Shown: in pieces, positions 1-10,049 of the stretch
Position numbering within the stretch: the first letter of the stretch is position 1
Layout of the letters: the number at the start of each line of letters is the position of its first letter
Source: Acidobacteriota bacterium
GTDB lineage: Bacteria; Acidobacteriota; Polarisedimenticolia; J045
Assembly: GCA_046331425.1 (NCBI GenBank)
Contig: JAXLQU010000007.1
Location: forward strand, 55,437-119,436
Direction: 5' to 3'
Length of the DNA: 64,000 nucleotides
Translations under genes and position numbers: made by a program
The notes under the pieces: model-generated
The model's input: only the letters and a program-made list of their open reading frames with translations
Told to the model about the DNA's origin: nothing
Databases searched by the model: none

Positions 1-1495
1 GATAAAACAACACGGTCATCGGCTCCAACTCATGCAGGCGTGCTTGGAGTAACTCGAGCGGGCGTCGACGAGCGTTGAAATCGACCGACGATCGGGCCTG
101 CTCCAGCCACTGATCTATCTGGGGGTCGTTGAGGCCGGCGTAGTTTTGACCGGTGGGATGTTGCGAGCTGTGCAGCATGTCGAAGAAGTCCGGATCAGGG
201 TCGAGCCATGTGCCGAGCATGATCGCGTCGAATTGCCGCGAACTGAGCCGTTCGAACAGCACCGCGTTCTCGACTCCTTCGGGATGGCACTGCAGGCCCA
301 ACTTTCCCAACGCGCCTTGGATGTAGACACCGATCCGCTCGGATTCCGTATTTCTTCCGTAGGTCAACGCGAACCGAAACGGCTTCCCGTCCTTGTCCAG
401 CGTTCCGTCGTGGTCGCTGTCGATCCATCCCGCCTCACGCAGGAGAGCGGCGGCCGCGGCCGGGTCATACGGCCATGCCTTCACGCTCGGATCGAACCCT
501 GGCAGGTCGGGATGGTGGACCGTAATGCCGACGATACCCAGGCCGCCGGTCACATGCTGAATGTAAGACTCGCGATCGATTGCCAGTGTCAATGCACGGC
601 GCACTCGCGGATCGACGAAGTAAGGATTGCGTCCATCACCAAGCCACGCCACGTAGAACAAGAACGGGAACCGCTGCTCGATCATCTCGAACTTCTTGGT
701 GAACTCGACGTCGTTCTCCGCCTTCGTTGCGATCTCCGGATGAAGCGACGAAAGGTCGATCTGTCCCGCACGCAACGCGTTGTATCGCGTGGTGTAGTCG
801 GGGATGATTTCGAAGCGCAACTCAGAGATGACAGGCGGCTCGAAGTGCTCGGGATTGGCGCGCAGGACTATCCGCCGGCCGCGTTCCCATGAAACGAATC
901 GCCACGCACCACAACCGATCGGGTTCTCGGCCTCGAGCTTTCGATGTGCCGGCAACAGTGGATTCGTAGCCCAGGCTTCCAGCGCTCCGGCATAGCGTTG
1001 TGAAAGAACCGTCTCCACGGTCCAGTCGTCGATCGCGCGAACCGACTGCATCGCGGCGAATTTCACACTCTTGGCAGGCGAGCCTTGGATCGGATCGCGC
1101 AGCAGTTCCCACGTATGGACGGCATCGCGCGCGGTGACCGCCACCCCATCGTGCCACCGTACGTCGCGGCGCAGATGGAATACCAGGCGCCGTCCATCGT
1201 CGAATGACTCCCAGCGCTCGGCGATTCGCGGCACGATCCGCAGGGTCGCGTCGTACGCCACCAAGGTGTCGCCAATCAACATGCAGATTTTTCTGGCGTG
1301 CGAATCACGCCACTTGGCTAGGTCCAGGGTAAGAGGCTCAGTCGGTAGGTCGACCGTAACGGGGCGCTCGGATCCAGGGCTTGGTGCGGGCTGCGAGCAA
1401 GCGGGGACAAACAGCAGGGCGGCGAGCGCGAACAGCGCCCACCAAATCGAACGGTCCCGACTCAGCGAGTGGCCGCGAGTTTCTGTGCACACCAT
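1..1495 (-). CDS. ABC transporter substrate-binding protein, family 5 (peptide/nickel DppA/OppA type); start inside window, 3' end runs past position 1
   Basis: Reverse-strand translation is continuous from ATG at 1495 to the window edge. N-term MVCTETRGHSLSRDRSIWWALFALAALLFVPACSQP looks like a lipoprotein-type signal. The body has family-5 SBP hallmarks such as ...RLVFHLRRDVRWHDGVAVTARD... and ...DPQIDQWLEQAR.... It is absent from the ORF track, presumably because it is truncated at the window edge. The plus-strand ORFs 146..892 etc. are Arg-rich shadows of it. Confidence 0.75.
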   Translation of the reverse strand, partial: MVCTETRGHSLSRDRSIWWALFALAALLFVPACSQPAPSPGSERPVTVDLPTEPLTLDLAKWRDSHARKICMLIGDTLVAYDATLRIVPRIAERWESFDDGRRLVFHLRRDVRWHDGVAVTARDAVHTWELLRDPIQGSPAKSVKFAAMQSVRAIDDWTVETVLSQRYAGALEAWATNPLLPAHRKLEAENPIGCGAWRFVSWERGRRIVLRANPEHFEPPVISELRFEIIPDYTTRYNALRAGQIDLSSLHPEIATKAENDVEFTKKFEMIEQRFPFLFYVAWLGDGRNPYFVDPRVRRALTLAIDRESYIQHVTGGLGIVGITVHHPDLPGFDPSVKAWPYDPAAAAALLREAGWIDSDHDGTLDKDGKPFRFALTYGRNTESERIGVYIQGALGKLGLQCHPEGVENAVLFERLSSRQFDAIMLGTWLDPDPDFFDMLHSSQHPTGQNYAGLNDPQIDQWLEQARSSVDFNARRRPLELLQARLHELEPMTVLFY

Positions 1496-2265
1496 CGGGC
1501 CGTCTCCACCGTGGCCTTGGCGCCGGGAGTCAGGAGGCGTGAGGTCTTCGCATAAGCGTCGTCCAGAACGAGGCGGCGTTCACCGGAACCGTACTCTGCC
1601 AGAGCGTTGATCTTCTCCCGCGACGGAGCGAACGCGGAGGCGACCAACAGAGCAGGCCTGGCACCGAGCGTCGATAGGTCGCGCGAGGGATCGAAACCGG
1701 CTGCCGGTTCCGTCGGGTCGATCATCACCAGAAGACGAAAGTCTGGAATTCGCGCCGCCGTTTCGGCCGCCATGAGTGCGCCTTCGCCGGCGCCGGCGAC
1801 CCCGATGCGGCGCATATCGACTCCGGTGTCTTTTCCGAGCACCTCGATCAAGCGTCGCAAGTCTCCGAGCGTTTTGTGGAAGTCGGTCCATGGAATCAAC
1901 GGGAACGCGTAAAGATGCCGGCCATCTGCCATCTGTCGCGACTTTCCATGACCTCTCACGTCCAGGAGTACGGCTCCGACCCCCTCTCTTACCAATTGAT
2001 AGGCGAGTTCTCCCATAGCATCGCGGTCGAGGATCACGGGATGAAGCAGCACGACGACCGGAAACCTCTGGGCCGGTGCCTGAGCGTCGGCGGATCGGGG
2101 AAGCATCAGCGTCCCGGATACGATCACGCCATCGTCGGCGTTGAACTGGATCTCTCGTTCGAGAGTGTCCGGCGGCGTGAAGTAATCGGGACCCGCGGTC
2201 GGGTCACCGGCCAGCGCGGACCCTGACAGACCACAGACGGAGAGCGCAACGAGGAGTCGGTTCAT
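1462..2265 (-). CDS. secreted alpha/beta hydrolase (dienelactone-hydrolase-like)
   Basis: The ORF 1462..2340 contains the signal peptide MNRLLVALSVCGLSGSALAG at an internal Met, which I take as the start (2265). Lipase-like motifs: VVVLLHPV, DVRGHGKS, GVAGAGEGA. The 3' end overlaps the SBP gene start by 34 nt. Confidence 0.65.
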   Translation of the reverse strand: MNRLLVALSVCGLSGSALAGDPTAGPDYFTPPDTLEREIQFNADDGVIVSGTLMLPRSADAQAPAQRFPVVVLLHPVILDRDAMGELAYQLVREGVGAVLLDVRGHGKSRQMADGRHLYAFPLIPWTDFHKTLGDLRRLIEVLGKDTGVDMRRIGVAGAGEGALMAAETAARIPDFRLLVMIDPTEPAAGFDPSRDLSTLGARPALLVASAFAPSREKINALAEYGSGERRLVLDDAYAKTSRLLTPGAKATVETARWCAQKLAATR

Positions 2266-2336
2266 GCCGCCCACGCTAGCGCGTCGATGCCGCTCTGCCA
2301 AATCGCGAGGTCTCGGCGCGCAACAGTCAGTCGTGA

Positions 2337-3275
2337 TCAAAGCAGGCTCGGGTCGGGTGCCTGTCGCGACCAGATGAAATCAGAGGCTCCGAACGGGATG
2401 ACTCGGTTACCGCCTCGTCGCTGTGCCTGGATCATCGATTCGAGCGCTCGCCCCATGAGGTCCGCTGCCGTCTCGATACCGCGTGCCGGGATCGCCGCGA
2501 CACCGACACTCACCGTCAGCTTCAGTGGTCCCCCACCCCGAGAAGGGGAGCGGCTGGCGCCGCTCGTGAACAGTTGTGCTTCGATCGCCGCGCGCAGGCG
2601 TTCGCCCGCCGCGACCGCTCCGGTGCCGTCGGTTTCGGGCAGCACGACCGCAAATCGCTTGCCCGACAGTCGGCCCAACATGTCCACATCGCGCACCAAA
2701 CTCCTAAGCTGCAGCGCTACATCTCGAAGCAACAGATCGGCGGCATCGACGCCTCGTGCACGCAAGATTTCCTCCTGGCCGTCTGGTTCGATCACCATCA
2801 GCCCCAGGCTGCGCTTGTAGCGCGCGGCGCGATCGAATTCGTGTCGCAACTGTTCTTGTAGACGCCGATACCCGCTCAGGCCGGTGAGCGGATCGAGTCG
2901 CGGTGCACCGCCGAGGTGGGCCCGTCGCGAGAGCGCTATCAGTCGCAGCGCCAGATCGTGCGGCGGTTCGTCGAGTGAGAGCCACACGTCGGCACCGTCC
3001 TCCAACGCCGCGCGGCCGGTTGCAGGTCCCGCCCAAACAGCGATGGGGAGCGCAGACGTTTCGACATCGGCACGAAGCCGCGCAACCCAATCACCATGAT
3101 GTTCGGCGTCGAAGACCAAAACGTCGCACTCGGAAGCGAGGGTGGCCGGCTCAGGTGCTGAAGAGTCTGAGTCGTCGATCACGATCTCGAGCCCGCGTTG
3201 TCGAAGAAATTGGAGCGCTGTCTCCAGCGTCAGCGGAAGCGCCCCGCGGATAACAAGCCGCAACGAGGCACTCAC
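2337..3275 (-). CDS. response-regulator-like protein with a degenerate GGDEF domain
   Basis: N-terminal receiver-like fold. C-terminal region RLDPLTGLSGYRRLQEQL...GRLSGKRFAVVLPETD has the GGDEF-domain layout, but the GG[DE]EF signature is replaced by SGKRF, so it is probably catalytically inactive. Overlaps argS by 4 nt. Confidence 0.7.
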   Translation of the reverse strand: MSASLRLVIRGALPLTLETALQFLRQRGLEIVIDDSDSSAPEPATLASECDVLVFDAEHHGDWVARLRADVETSALPIAVWAGPATGRAALEDGADVWLSLDEPPHDLALRLIALSRRAHLGGAPRLDPLTGLSGYRRLQEQLRHEFDRAARYKRSLGLMVIEPDGQEEILRARGVDAADLLLRDVALQLRSLVRDVDMLGRLSGKRFAVVLPETDGTGAVAAGERLRAAIEAQLFTSGASRSPSRGGGPLKLTVSVGVAAIPARGIETAADLMGRALESMIQAQRRGGNRVIPFGASDFIWSRQAPDPSLL

Positions 3276-5269
3276 ATTCGCGCCGGAACCGCGACACCCA
3301 TCAGGCCGAGAGCCTCGCGAAGTGAACGTTCCGCGACGAGCAGCACTGCAACTCGCGCCGTCCGCACGTCGTCACGTTCCTCTTTGAGCACAGGGTAGCG
3401 GTGATAAAAACCGTTGATCTCTTGAGCGAGTTCGAAGCCGTACTTGGCGAGCACGGCGAATTCCAAATTGTCGACGGCTTGGCGCACCGCTTCGGGGAGT
3501 CGGGCGGCGCGGTGGACCAACTTCCAATGATCCAGCGCGACATCGTCCGGCAACGCATCGAACGACGCGTGCGTCGCCGCTTCGCGTAGCTCGGCGACCG
3601 TGCTTGCGGTCTTCTCAGCGAGTTTGTCGAGAATTCTGGCGATGCGGACCAGCGCGTATTGAGCGTATGGCCCGGTTTCGCCCTCGAACGCCAGTGCCGC
3701 ATCGATATCGAACGCTACCACCTTGTTGCGGCCGAAACGCAGCATGTAATAGCGCAGCGCGCCGATCGCCAGGTCGAGCGCAATCCCTCTTGCATCGTCC
3801 GCGCTGAGTTCGGGGTTGCGCGTTTCGACTTCGATGCGCGCTTTGCGTTCGAGTTGATCGAGTAGATCGTCGGCTTTGACACCCAGGCCGCGCCGGCCAC
3901 TCATGTCCAGATAGGGGCGAGCACGCTCCTCGTCGCTGAGCGCAAGGTCGGGGCGCAACTGCTGCGCTGTCTGTGGTGAGAGCGCCACCATTTCATACGA
4001 GAAGTGAATCGATCGGGTTGCCTCGACAGCGTGTCCGAGCCGCTCCAGTCCTTGTTTGACGACGCGTTGCAGATACGCTTGCCGCACATCGATCACGTTG
4101 TAGACCGTCTCGGCTCGACCGAAGGCCGGTGGTGAGGCGACACCCTGACCCGGTGGAACCGTCTGGTACAACGCCTTGTTGTCGCGGTAGCGAAAGTCGT
4201 CGAGTCTGGCGTACTCGAAATCTCGTCCCAGGAGGCCGAACTTCCAGAGTTGATACGCGATGTCCTTGCCCACATAGGTGACAACGCCGTTGGAACGGAC
4301 GATCACCTTCTCATACTCCTGACCTCCGTCCTCTTCCTCGGCGTGAGGGAGATTCATGATCCAACATCCGGCCGTCTTGCCTTCGTGACTGAGCACGATC
4401 GCTTGCGACTCTTGCAGTCGATGAAACGCTTGTTGCCAAAAACGGTGGGCCAAGATATCGCTTTCCTTCGGCAGCAGGTCGTACTCGATACCGAGCCGAA
4501 GCATCGTTCGCAGGTGACAGCGCACGACGGCATCAGCGACGGCTCGCCCGAGTTTGGCGATCTCGGCGTCGCCATGCTCGAGTGCCGCGATTACCTGTTG
4601 TCGCTTCTGCAGTCGTGATTCGTCCTCTTCGTACCAGCGAGTCACGCGTGCGTAGAGATCCCACAGGTCGTGATCGATGCCGTGCCCGTCGACGGCCGCA
4701 CGTTGCTCGGCGCGGGTCTGAAGCGCCTGAACGCCGGCGTCGTCGAGCCCGGCGAGTTCCGTCAGTGCCACCAGGGCATCGGCCACCTGCACTCCGGTGT
4801 CGTCGATGTAGTTTTGCACTTCGACGGTGTGCCCCTGCGCGCGCAGGCAGCGTGCGAGCGTATCGCCCAGCACTGCATTTCGAAGATGGCCGATGTGTGC
4901 GGCCTTGTTGGGATTGATGTTGGTGTGCTCGACCACGATCTTGCCGCCCGGCCTGGTCGGCGCTGCGTGTGGCGCAAGCATCCGGTGCACGACGCTTGTC
5001 CGATCGAAGCGAATGTTGACGTAGCCCGGGCCCGCGACGTCAACCGTTCCCACCTCGGGAAGCGCGCGGATTGCGTCGGCGAGCGTGCCAGCGATTTCTC
5101 TCGGGGGGCGCTGCATGCTGCGCGCGAGTCCGAGCGCGATCGGCGTGGTGAGGTCGCCGTGGGCAGGGTCGGTAGGAATGCTTAGCGGAATGCTCTCCGG
5201 CGGCGCGGGCAGCGCGGCGCGGATAGCGCGTTCGACAGCGTCCTTGGCGGAGACAAACGGATCGAGCAT
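3272..5269 (-). CDS. argS: arginine--tRNA ligase
   Basis: 665 aa, ATG start. Class I HIGH motif AHIGHLRNAVLGD and typical ArgS anticodon-binding C-terminal half. Confidence 0.9.
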   Translation of the reverse strand: MLDPFVSAKDAVERAIRAALPAPPESIPLSIPTDPAHGDLTTPIALGLARSMQRPPREIAGTLADAIRALPEVGTVDVAGPGYVNIRFDRTSVVHRMLAPHAAPTRPGGKIVVEHTNINPNKAAHIGHLRNAVLGDTLARCLRAQGHTVEVQNYIDDTGVQVADALVALTELAGLDDAGVQALQTRAEQRAAVDGHGIDHDLWDLYARVTRWYEEDESRLQKRQQVIAALEHGDAEIAKLGRAVADAVVRCHLRTMLRLGIEYDLLPKESDILAHRFWQQAFHRLQESQAIVLSHEGKTAGCWIMNLPHAEEEDGGQEYEKVIVRSNGVVTYVGKDIAYQLWKFGLLGRDFEYARLDDFRYRDNKALYQTVPPGQGVASPPAFGRAETVYNVIDVRQAYLQRVVKQGLERLGHAVEATRSIHFSYEMVALSPQTAQQLRPDLALSDEERARPYLDMSGRRGLGVKADDLLDQLERKARIEVETRNPELSADDARGIALDLAIGALRYYMLRFGRNKVVAFDIDAALAFEGETGPYAQYALVRIARILDKLAEKTASTVAELREAATHASFDALPDDVALDHWKLVHRAARLPEAVRQAVDNLEFAVLAKYGFELAQEINGFYHRYPVLKEERDDVRTARVAVLLVAERSLREALGLMGVAVPARM

Positions 5270-5338
5270 GGCCTCGTTGCAGTCCGCACTTCGGCGGGGG
5301 CGGGGAGTATAAGCGCGGACTCGGTCTGGAGTTCGAGT

Positions 5339-6946
5339 TCAGTCCGATCCGGTTTGCAACGCCACAGCCGGTCCCGTAATACGCATCCCTTCGCGCGTGA
5401 CGCCGACCACTCGGTAGAAGACGCGTCGCGCACCATGCAGGGGAGTGTCATGGATCGTGTAGTGCGTTTCTGCGCGCGGCTGCCCGACGGCGGGGACGGG
5501 TACAGGACTGCAGATCTCCCAGGGACCCGCGGAACTTTGTGCGCGCTCCACCACCCAACTGTGGAGTTCCTGCTCCCATGCGCTCGACCAGCGGATCTCC
5601 GCCAAACCATCACCAACCGCCTGAGCGCCAACCGACGAGAGTGCGAAGAGCGGTGATTGACCCTGACCTGCGGCGCGGAATCGAAGTTGGCCGCTACTCG
5701 TCCCCGAGGCCCCTCGAGCCAAGAGGACCGCAGCGCGATCGTAGTCAGTCCAAGGGAGCACCAATTCGCCGGCACGACCGTGATCGAAGCGAACTGGGAC
5801 TCGATCCCACCCGCCACTGACTCGGTGTGCTATCAGGGTGCCTGTCCAACCCTCCTCCGACACGACGAACGACAACCGGGTCGCGATGGAATCACGCCCA
5901 TCGGGTGTTACCGAAATCAGGGCAACGCCGAGCGGCGCGACAAGCATGGAGGTTTCTTGATCGAGTACAGGAAGAGAGGTGATCGCACCGGCCCATCGCG
6001 TTGGGAGACGTCCCCCGACGAGTTCAGAAATACCGGCCCGAAGCTGCAGCTCGACCAGCGTCATGCCCGTGGTCGTGAGCACTCCGTCGTCGATTGCAGC
6101 GAGCGCCGCTTGGGTTTCTGTTCGCGCTGCGAGGCGTCGCCACGTGGCTTGAAGAACGCGAGCTGCACGCGCGCTGTCCTGCAACCCCTGTAGCAACGTG
6201 ACGTTTCCTTGCATCAACAGTGGATCGACAGCGTCGAGTCCCCGTTCGGGATGATTCCAACGAACTTGCAGGGCCCGGTCCTGTTCGAGAGTGGAACCGA
6301 CGACCTCGAGTTGAATCCACTGCACCGACGGCTCGAGCCACCACTGTGGTGCTTCGGCGTCGAGAGCCGCGAAAGCGAGCCTGGCGACGGCACGAACGAC
6401 GGCTGACGAATAGGCTTCGTCGCGCTGGCGCGCGGAGACGTCCACCATCGCGAATCCAGCCGCGCCGCGGCTCGGCGGCAATCGTGTTTCCAGCGACACA
6501 ACGGATGGCGTGATGCCGTCGAGCGCGAGCAGGTACAGGTCGAGTTCGCCGTCGCCGTCGTCGGCCGGAGTTGAAAGCCCAAGCTGGCGAAGCGCCTGGA
6601 TCGTTCTAACCGCCAGCTTCAGGGCCAACGCGCCGCGATCGGGAATACCGTCTGAATCACTGTCTCTCAGGGCGGAGCCCATCGGAACATGAACACGTAC
6701 GGCGGGATCGGTGCTGTGAATCTCGAGGAAGCGCCCGCTCGGGCGCTGCAACCAACTGAATTTCTCTGCCGGGGTTGTTGCGATGATCGACCCGAGGTCG
6801 ACTCCCTGTAGCCCGCGCGTTGCCGCGGCGGCCCGAAGTTCATCGAGGGCGGTAGGGGGAGGGAGCACGCGGCCGGCCCACACCTGGGTCGCGCCCATCA
6901 GCACGAACAATAGCGAAGGCAAGCGGAGGCGCAGAGTCACAGCCAT
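5339..6946 (-). CDS. secreted hypothetical protein
   Basis: 535 aa, ATG start. Signal peptide MAVTLRLRLPSLLFVLMGATQVWAGR. No catalytic motif recognised. High GC3 throughout. Confidence 0.6.
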   Translation of the reverse strand: MAVTLRLRLPSLLFVLMGATQVWAGRVLPPPTALDELRAAAATRGLQGVDLGSIIATTPAEKFSWLQRPSGRFLEIHSTDPAVRVHVPMGSALRDSDSDGIPDRGALALKLAVRTIQALRQLGLSTPADDGDGELDLYLLALDGITPSVVSLETRLPPSRGAAGFAMVDVSARQRDEAYSSAVVRAVARLAFAALDAEAPQWWLEPSVQWIQLEVVGSTLEQDRALQVRWNHPERGLDAVDPLLMQGNVTLLQGLQDSARAARVLQATWRRLAARTETQAALAAIDDGVLTTTGMTLVELQLRAGISELVGGRLPTRWAGAITSLPVLDQETSMLVAPLGVALISVTPDGRDSIATRLSFVVSEEGWTGTLIAHRVSGGWDRVPVRFDHGRAGELVLPWTDYDRAAVLLARGASGTSSGQLRFRAAGQGQSPLFALSSVGAQAVGDGLAEIRWSSAWEQELHSWVVERAQSSAGPWEICSPVPVPAVGQPRAETHYTIHDTPLHGARRVFYRVVGVTREGMRITGPAVALQTGSD

Positions 6947-7076
6947 GTCCCTCTCGTGGCGCCGAATATAAGGACGGAAGTAAACCCGGTCAAATCAACG
7001 GCTTCGGACCGGTAAGCGCGACTCCCGCAGCAGGGAAGAGGGGAGTGCCGGCGCAAGCATCGAGACCCATGAACTT

Positions 7077-7841
7077 CTATTGAGGTCGAGTGGCCTCGCC
7101 GTCGCCCTCGTCGCCGCTCGCCTGAAGAACGACGACCGTGATGTTGTCCTCGCCGCCGGCCTCGTTGGCCGCTGCCACTAGGCGCTCGCAAACACTCTGA
7201 AGGTCCCCCGCCGGCGCCGCGAGTAGGTCGGAGATCCGCTTGTCGCCCAACATGGTATTTAGGCCGTCGGAGCACAGCAGCACCAGATCGCCAGGCTGTA
7301 GCAGTTCCTGCTGAATATCCGGGACAACGACCGTACCGCTACCCAATGCCCGCGTGACGACGTTTCTGCGAGGATCACGCGCTGCCTGTTCGCGAGAGAG
7401 CATTCCCAGGCGGACGAGCTCATTGACGAATGAATGATCGGTCGTGATCTGTCTCAGATTTCCGTCGCGCAACAGATAGGCGCGCGAGTCTCCAACATGG
7501 GCTACCCAGAACTGACCGCCGTTGACGACCGCAACAACGACCGTGGTACCCATCCCGCGGCACTCCGGGCGTTCTTCCATCCGGTTGGCGATCCGCTGAT
7601 TCGCTTCCTCGACCGCTTGCAGGAGGAGTTCGGGAACCGAGAGCTCACCGTTTTGACTTCGATCGCGAAGGCTGTCGCCGATGGCCTCGATTGCCAGATG
7701 CGACGCGACTTCTCCCGCGGCGTGACCACCCATACCGTCTGCAACCGCGAAAACGCCGCTTGGCGTCTCGACCAACAGCGCATCTTCGTTGTGAGGACGG
7801 ATCAACCCTTTGTCCGTGAGTCCGGCGGCTAGAACCCTCAC
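7077..7841 (-). CDS. PP2C-family (PPM) Ser/Thr protein phosphatase
   Basis: N-term TDKGLIRPHNEDALLVE...FAVADGMGGHAAGEVAS is the classic PPM metal-binding signature. GTG start overlaps the TPR gene stop (GTGA). Confidence 0.85.
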   Translation of the reverse strand: MRVLAAGLTDKGLIRPHNEDALLVETPSGVFAVADGMGGHAAGEVASHLAIEAIGDSLRDRSQNGELSVPELLLQAVEEANQRIANRMEERPECRGMGTTVVVAVVNGGQFWVAHVGDSRAYLLRDGNLRQITTDHSFVNELVRLGMLSREQAARDPRRNVVTRALGSGTVVVPDIQQELLQPGDLVLLCSDGLNTMLGDKRISDLLAAPAGDLQSVCERLVAAANEAGGEDNITVVVLQASGDEGDGEATRPQ

Positions 7842-8806
7842 GGCTCCCCCTGCGCAATGACGTGCCGCGGGCGGTTGCGGGGGGCCGCCGACAACTGCTC
7901 AGCCAGATGCAGTGCGGGCGAATTGTCGGGTTCCCGTTCGAGCACCTCTTGCAAACACAATCGAGCCTGTTCCACGTCGTCGAGACTGAAGCAGACGTAA
8001 GCCAGGTTGAGCCATGCGACCAGATAGCCTGGATTGATCTCTACCGAGCGACGGAATGCATCGCACGCCGCCTCACGCTCGGTTCCTTCAGCCAGTGCCA
8101 CGCCCAAGTAGTTCTGCACGTCGGCGAACCGCGGGCAGACTCGCGCGGCTTCGCTCAGTTCGCGCACCGCGTCGTCCCACTTCTCCGTGCGCAACAGCGC
8201 CAGCCCGGCTTCGAGGTGTGAACGGAACTGACCGTAGTCCTCGCGAAACACGTCCTGATAAAGCTCGCGCGCTTCACCCGTCTGCCCCTTGACCAGTGCT
8301 TCTTCCGCAGCAAGAACGCGGTTCTCCTGGATCTGGATTCGATCTGCGTGTGCGGTCCGAAACTCACGCCGCGATTCCTCGAGGCGCCCCTCCGACAGCA
8401 GCATGTAGGCCAAGCGCAATCGCGCATCGACGTACACGGGGTTGGATTCCAGCGCGGCGCGGTAATGCTCGATCGCTGCGTCAGCTTGGCCCTGCTGCGC
8501 ATAGGCATCGGCCAACTTGAGCTCGACGTCGGGGTAACCGGGCATCACGTCGAGCGCAAGCCGGTACTGTTCGATCGCCCTGTCGATTTCACCTTTGGCC
8601 TCGAACTCGACAGCGGCGCCGATTCGAGTGTGGACCAGGTAGTAGATTGCCGCGCGTCGATCCGCCGCGGAGAGATCAGAGTCCTCGGTGAGCGTGCGAG
8701 TCAGGAACTCCGCGGCGGGCCCATGCTCGCCTCGATAGAAGTGGAACACCCCAGACTTGAGGTGGTAGTTCTTGAGATGCTGACGTACTTCCTTCAGCAC
8801 GCGCAT
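7838..8806 (-). CDS. tetratricopeptide (TPR) repeat protein
   Basis: 322 aa of repeated 34-residue A/Y/L-rich motifs (AYAQQGQADAAIEHYRAALESNP etc.). ATG start. Confidence 0.8.
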   Translation of the reverse strand: MRVLKEVRQHLKNYHLKSGVFHFYRGEHGPAAEFLTRTLTEDSDLSAADRRAAIYYLVHTRIGAAVEFEAKGEIDRAIEQYRLALDVMPGYPDVELKLADAYAQQGQADAAIEHYRAALESNPVYVDARLRLAYMLLSEGRLEESRREFRTAHADRIQIQENRVLAAEEALVKGQTGEARELYQDVFREDYGQFRSHLEAGLALLRTEKWDDAVRELSEAARVCPRFADVQNYLGVALAEGTEREAACDAFRRSVEINPGYLVAWLNLAYVCFSLDDVEQARLCLQEVLEREPDNSPALHLAEQLSAAPRNRPRHVIAQGEP

Positions 8807-8900
8807 TGCGTGTCCTCGAACCTGGTGGCGATACGGCCGGCATCCAACCGTGTGGCGGGCGACATTCTAGAGCCCAGTTGGCAATCGATGCAGCCGTTCA

Positions 8901-10049
8901 TCAGTGCTTCTTTCCAGGGGTGCGCACTCGACGCCGCTCCTCACGCGCCTCGAAGATCCGTTTGGCCTGGCGCCGAACCGCGTCAGACACGTTCCTATTC
9001 TTCAGCAACAGAGTGACGTCGCGGTCGTTGAGTCGGGCCAAGAACACCAGGGCAAGGTCGATCGGGCACCGCGGGTTCTTCACCAAGTTGTGTTGGATCG
9101 AGTAGTTGGAACCGAAGTCACGATGGCGCGCGACGAGCCGCATCACCACGTCATTGACGTTTCTACTCTTGGAAACGGTCTCAGCTTCTTGTTCGGTGAA
9201 CTTCGGGTTCTTGACCACCGAGGCCGCCACCAGGCGATTGCTGTCACGCACCAAGATCGCTCGCTCGGCCGCAGTTCCGAACAGTGCGACACGAAGCTTC
9301 TGTCCAACGTTCATCTTCGACAGCTTGGTGAAGACCGACGCGTCGTCATCCTCCTCGAGCCCACCCATCAACTCGCTTTTCTCTGATAGCTCACCGATGT
9401 CGATGTCGAGTTGCGGCAGCAGCGCCTCGACTTCCGCATCGATCCCGAGCGCTGCGAGAAACGGGTTTCGTGCCGGTTGCAAGGCTTGTGAGCCATCGAG
9501 CTTCGCCTCGGTGGCGGTCGCCGCCAGCATCTGACGCAAGCGATCGGCCTTCTCGATCTCCTCCAGGACATCGAGCAGTCGCCCGCGCGCGCCCTCGGGC
9601 AGCGCAGGGTTGGCGTGCAGCGTGGCTCCCAGACTCGAATGGGAGGCCAGTGCTACCTGGTTGAGCGAGAGGATCGACAGCGTCTCGGCATCGGAGCACT
9701 CACACAGTGCATGAAGAGTTTCCACGTCGAGTGACTGACGTGAGGCGAGTACCTGGCCCGCTTGCGGCCAGCGCGACAGTTCGCGGCTCAAAAACAGCAG
9801 GACAGAGGCGGGCGTTTCTCGATCGTTCGCCAGTTCGACAGCGGAGGCTGCGCTCAGTTGAGAGAGCGCCTCTTGTGCTGCCTGCGCGATCTCAGCATCG
9901 GAGTCGTTTCGCAACTCGATCTGGATCTGCGCCAGCTCGCCGAGCGCCAATGGCAGAGCGCCGCGCGCCGCCGCCACCCGCGCCGCCCTCGGCGCCGCAC
10001 CGCTGAGGATCCGCTCGACAACGCTCGACGCAGGCACGGCTGTAGTCAT
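8901..10049 (-). CDS. hypothetical alpha-helical repeat protein
   Basis: 382 aa, ATG start. Repetitive helical segments. Its ATG overlaps the stop of the downstream HTH gene (ATGA). No enzyme motif recognised. Confidence 0.55.
   Translation of the reverse strand: MTTAVPASSVVERILSGAAPRAARVAAARGALPLALGELAQIQIELRNDSDAEIAQAAQEALSQLSAASAVELANDRETPASVLLFLSRELSRWPQAGQVLASRQSLDVETLHALCECSDAETLSILSLNQVALASHSSLGATLHANPALPEGARGRLLDVLEEIEKADRLRQMLAATATEAKLDGSQALQPARNPFLAALGIDAEVEALLPQLDIDIGELSEKSELMGGLEEDDDASVFTKLSKMNVGQKLRVALFGTAAERAILVRDSNRLVAASVVKNPKFTEQEAETVSKSRNVNDVVMRLVARHRDFGSNYSIQHNLVKNPRCPIDLALVFLARLNDRDVTLLLKNRNVSDAVRRQAKRIFEAREERRRVRTPGKKH

Noticed and set aside
146-1610. Plus-strand ORFs 146..892, 804..995, 1071..1610 and small minus ORFs in other frames
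   Set aside because: Arg/Pro-rich, low-complexity shadow frames lying antisense or off-frame within the well-supported substrate-binding-protein gene (1..1495, minus).
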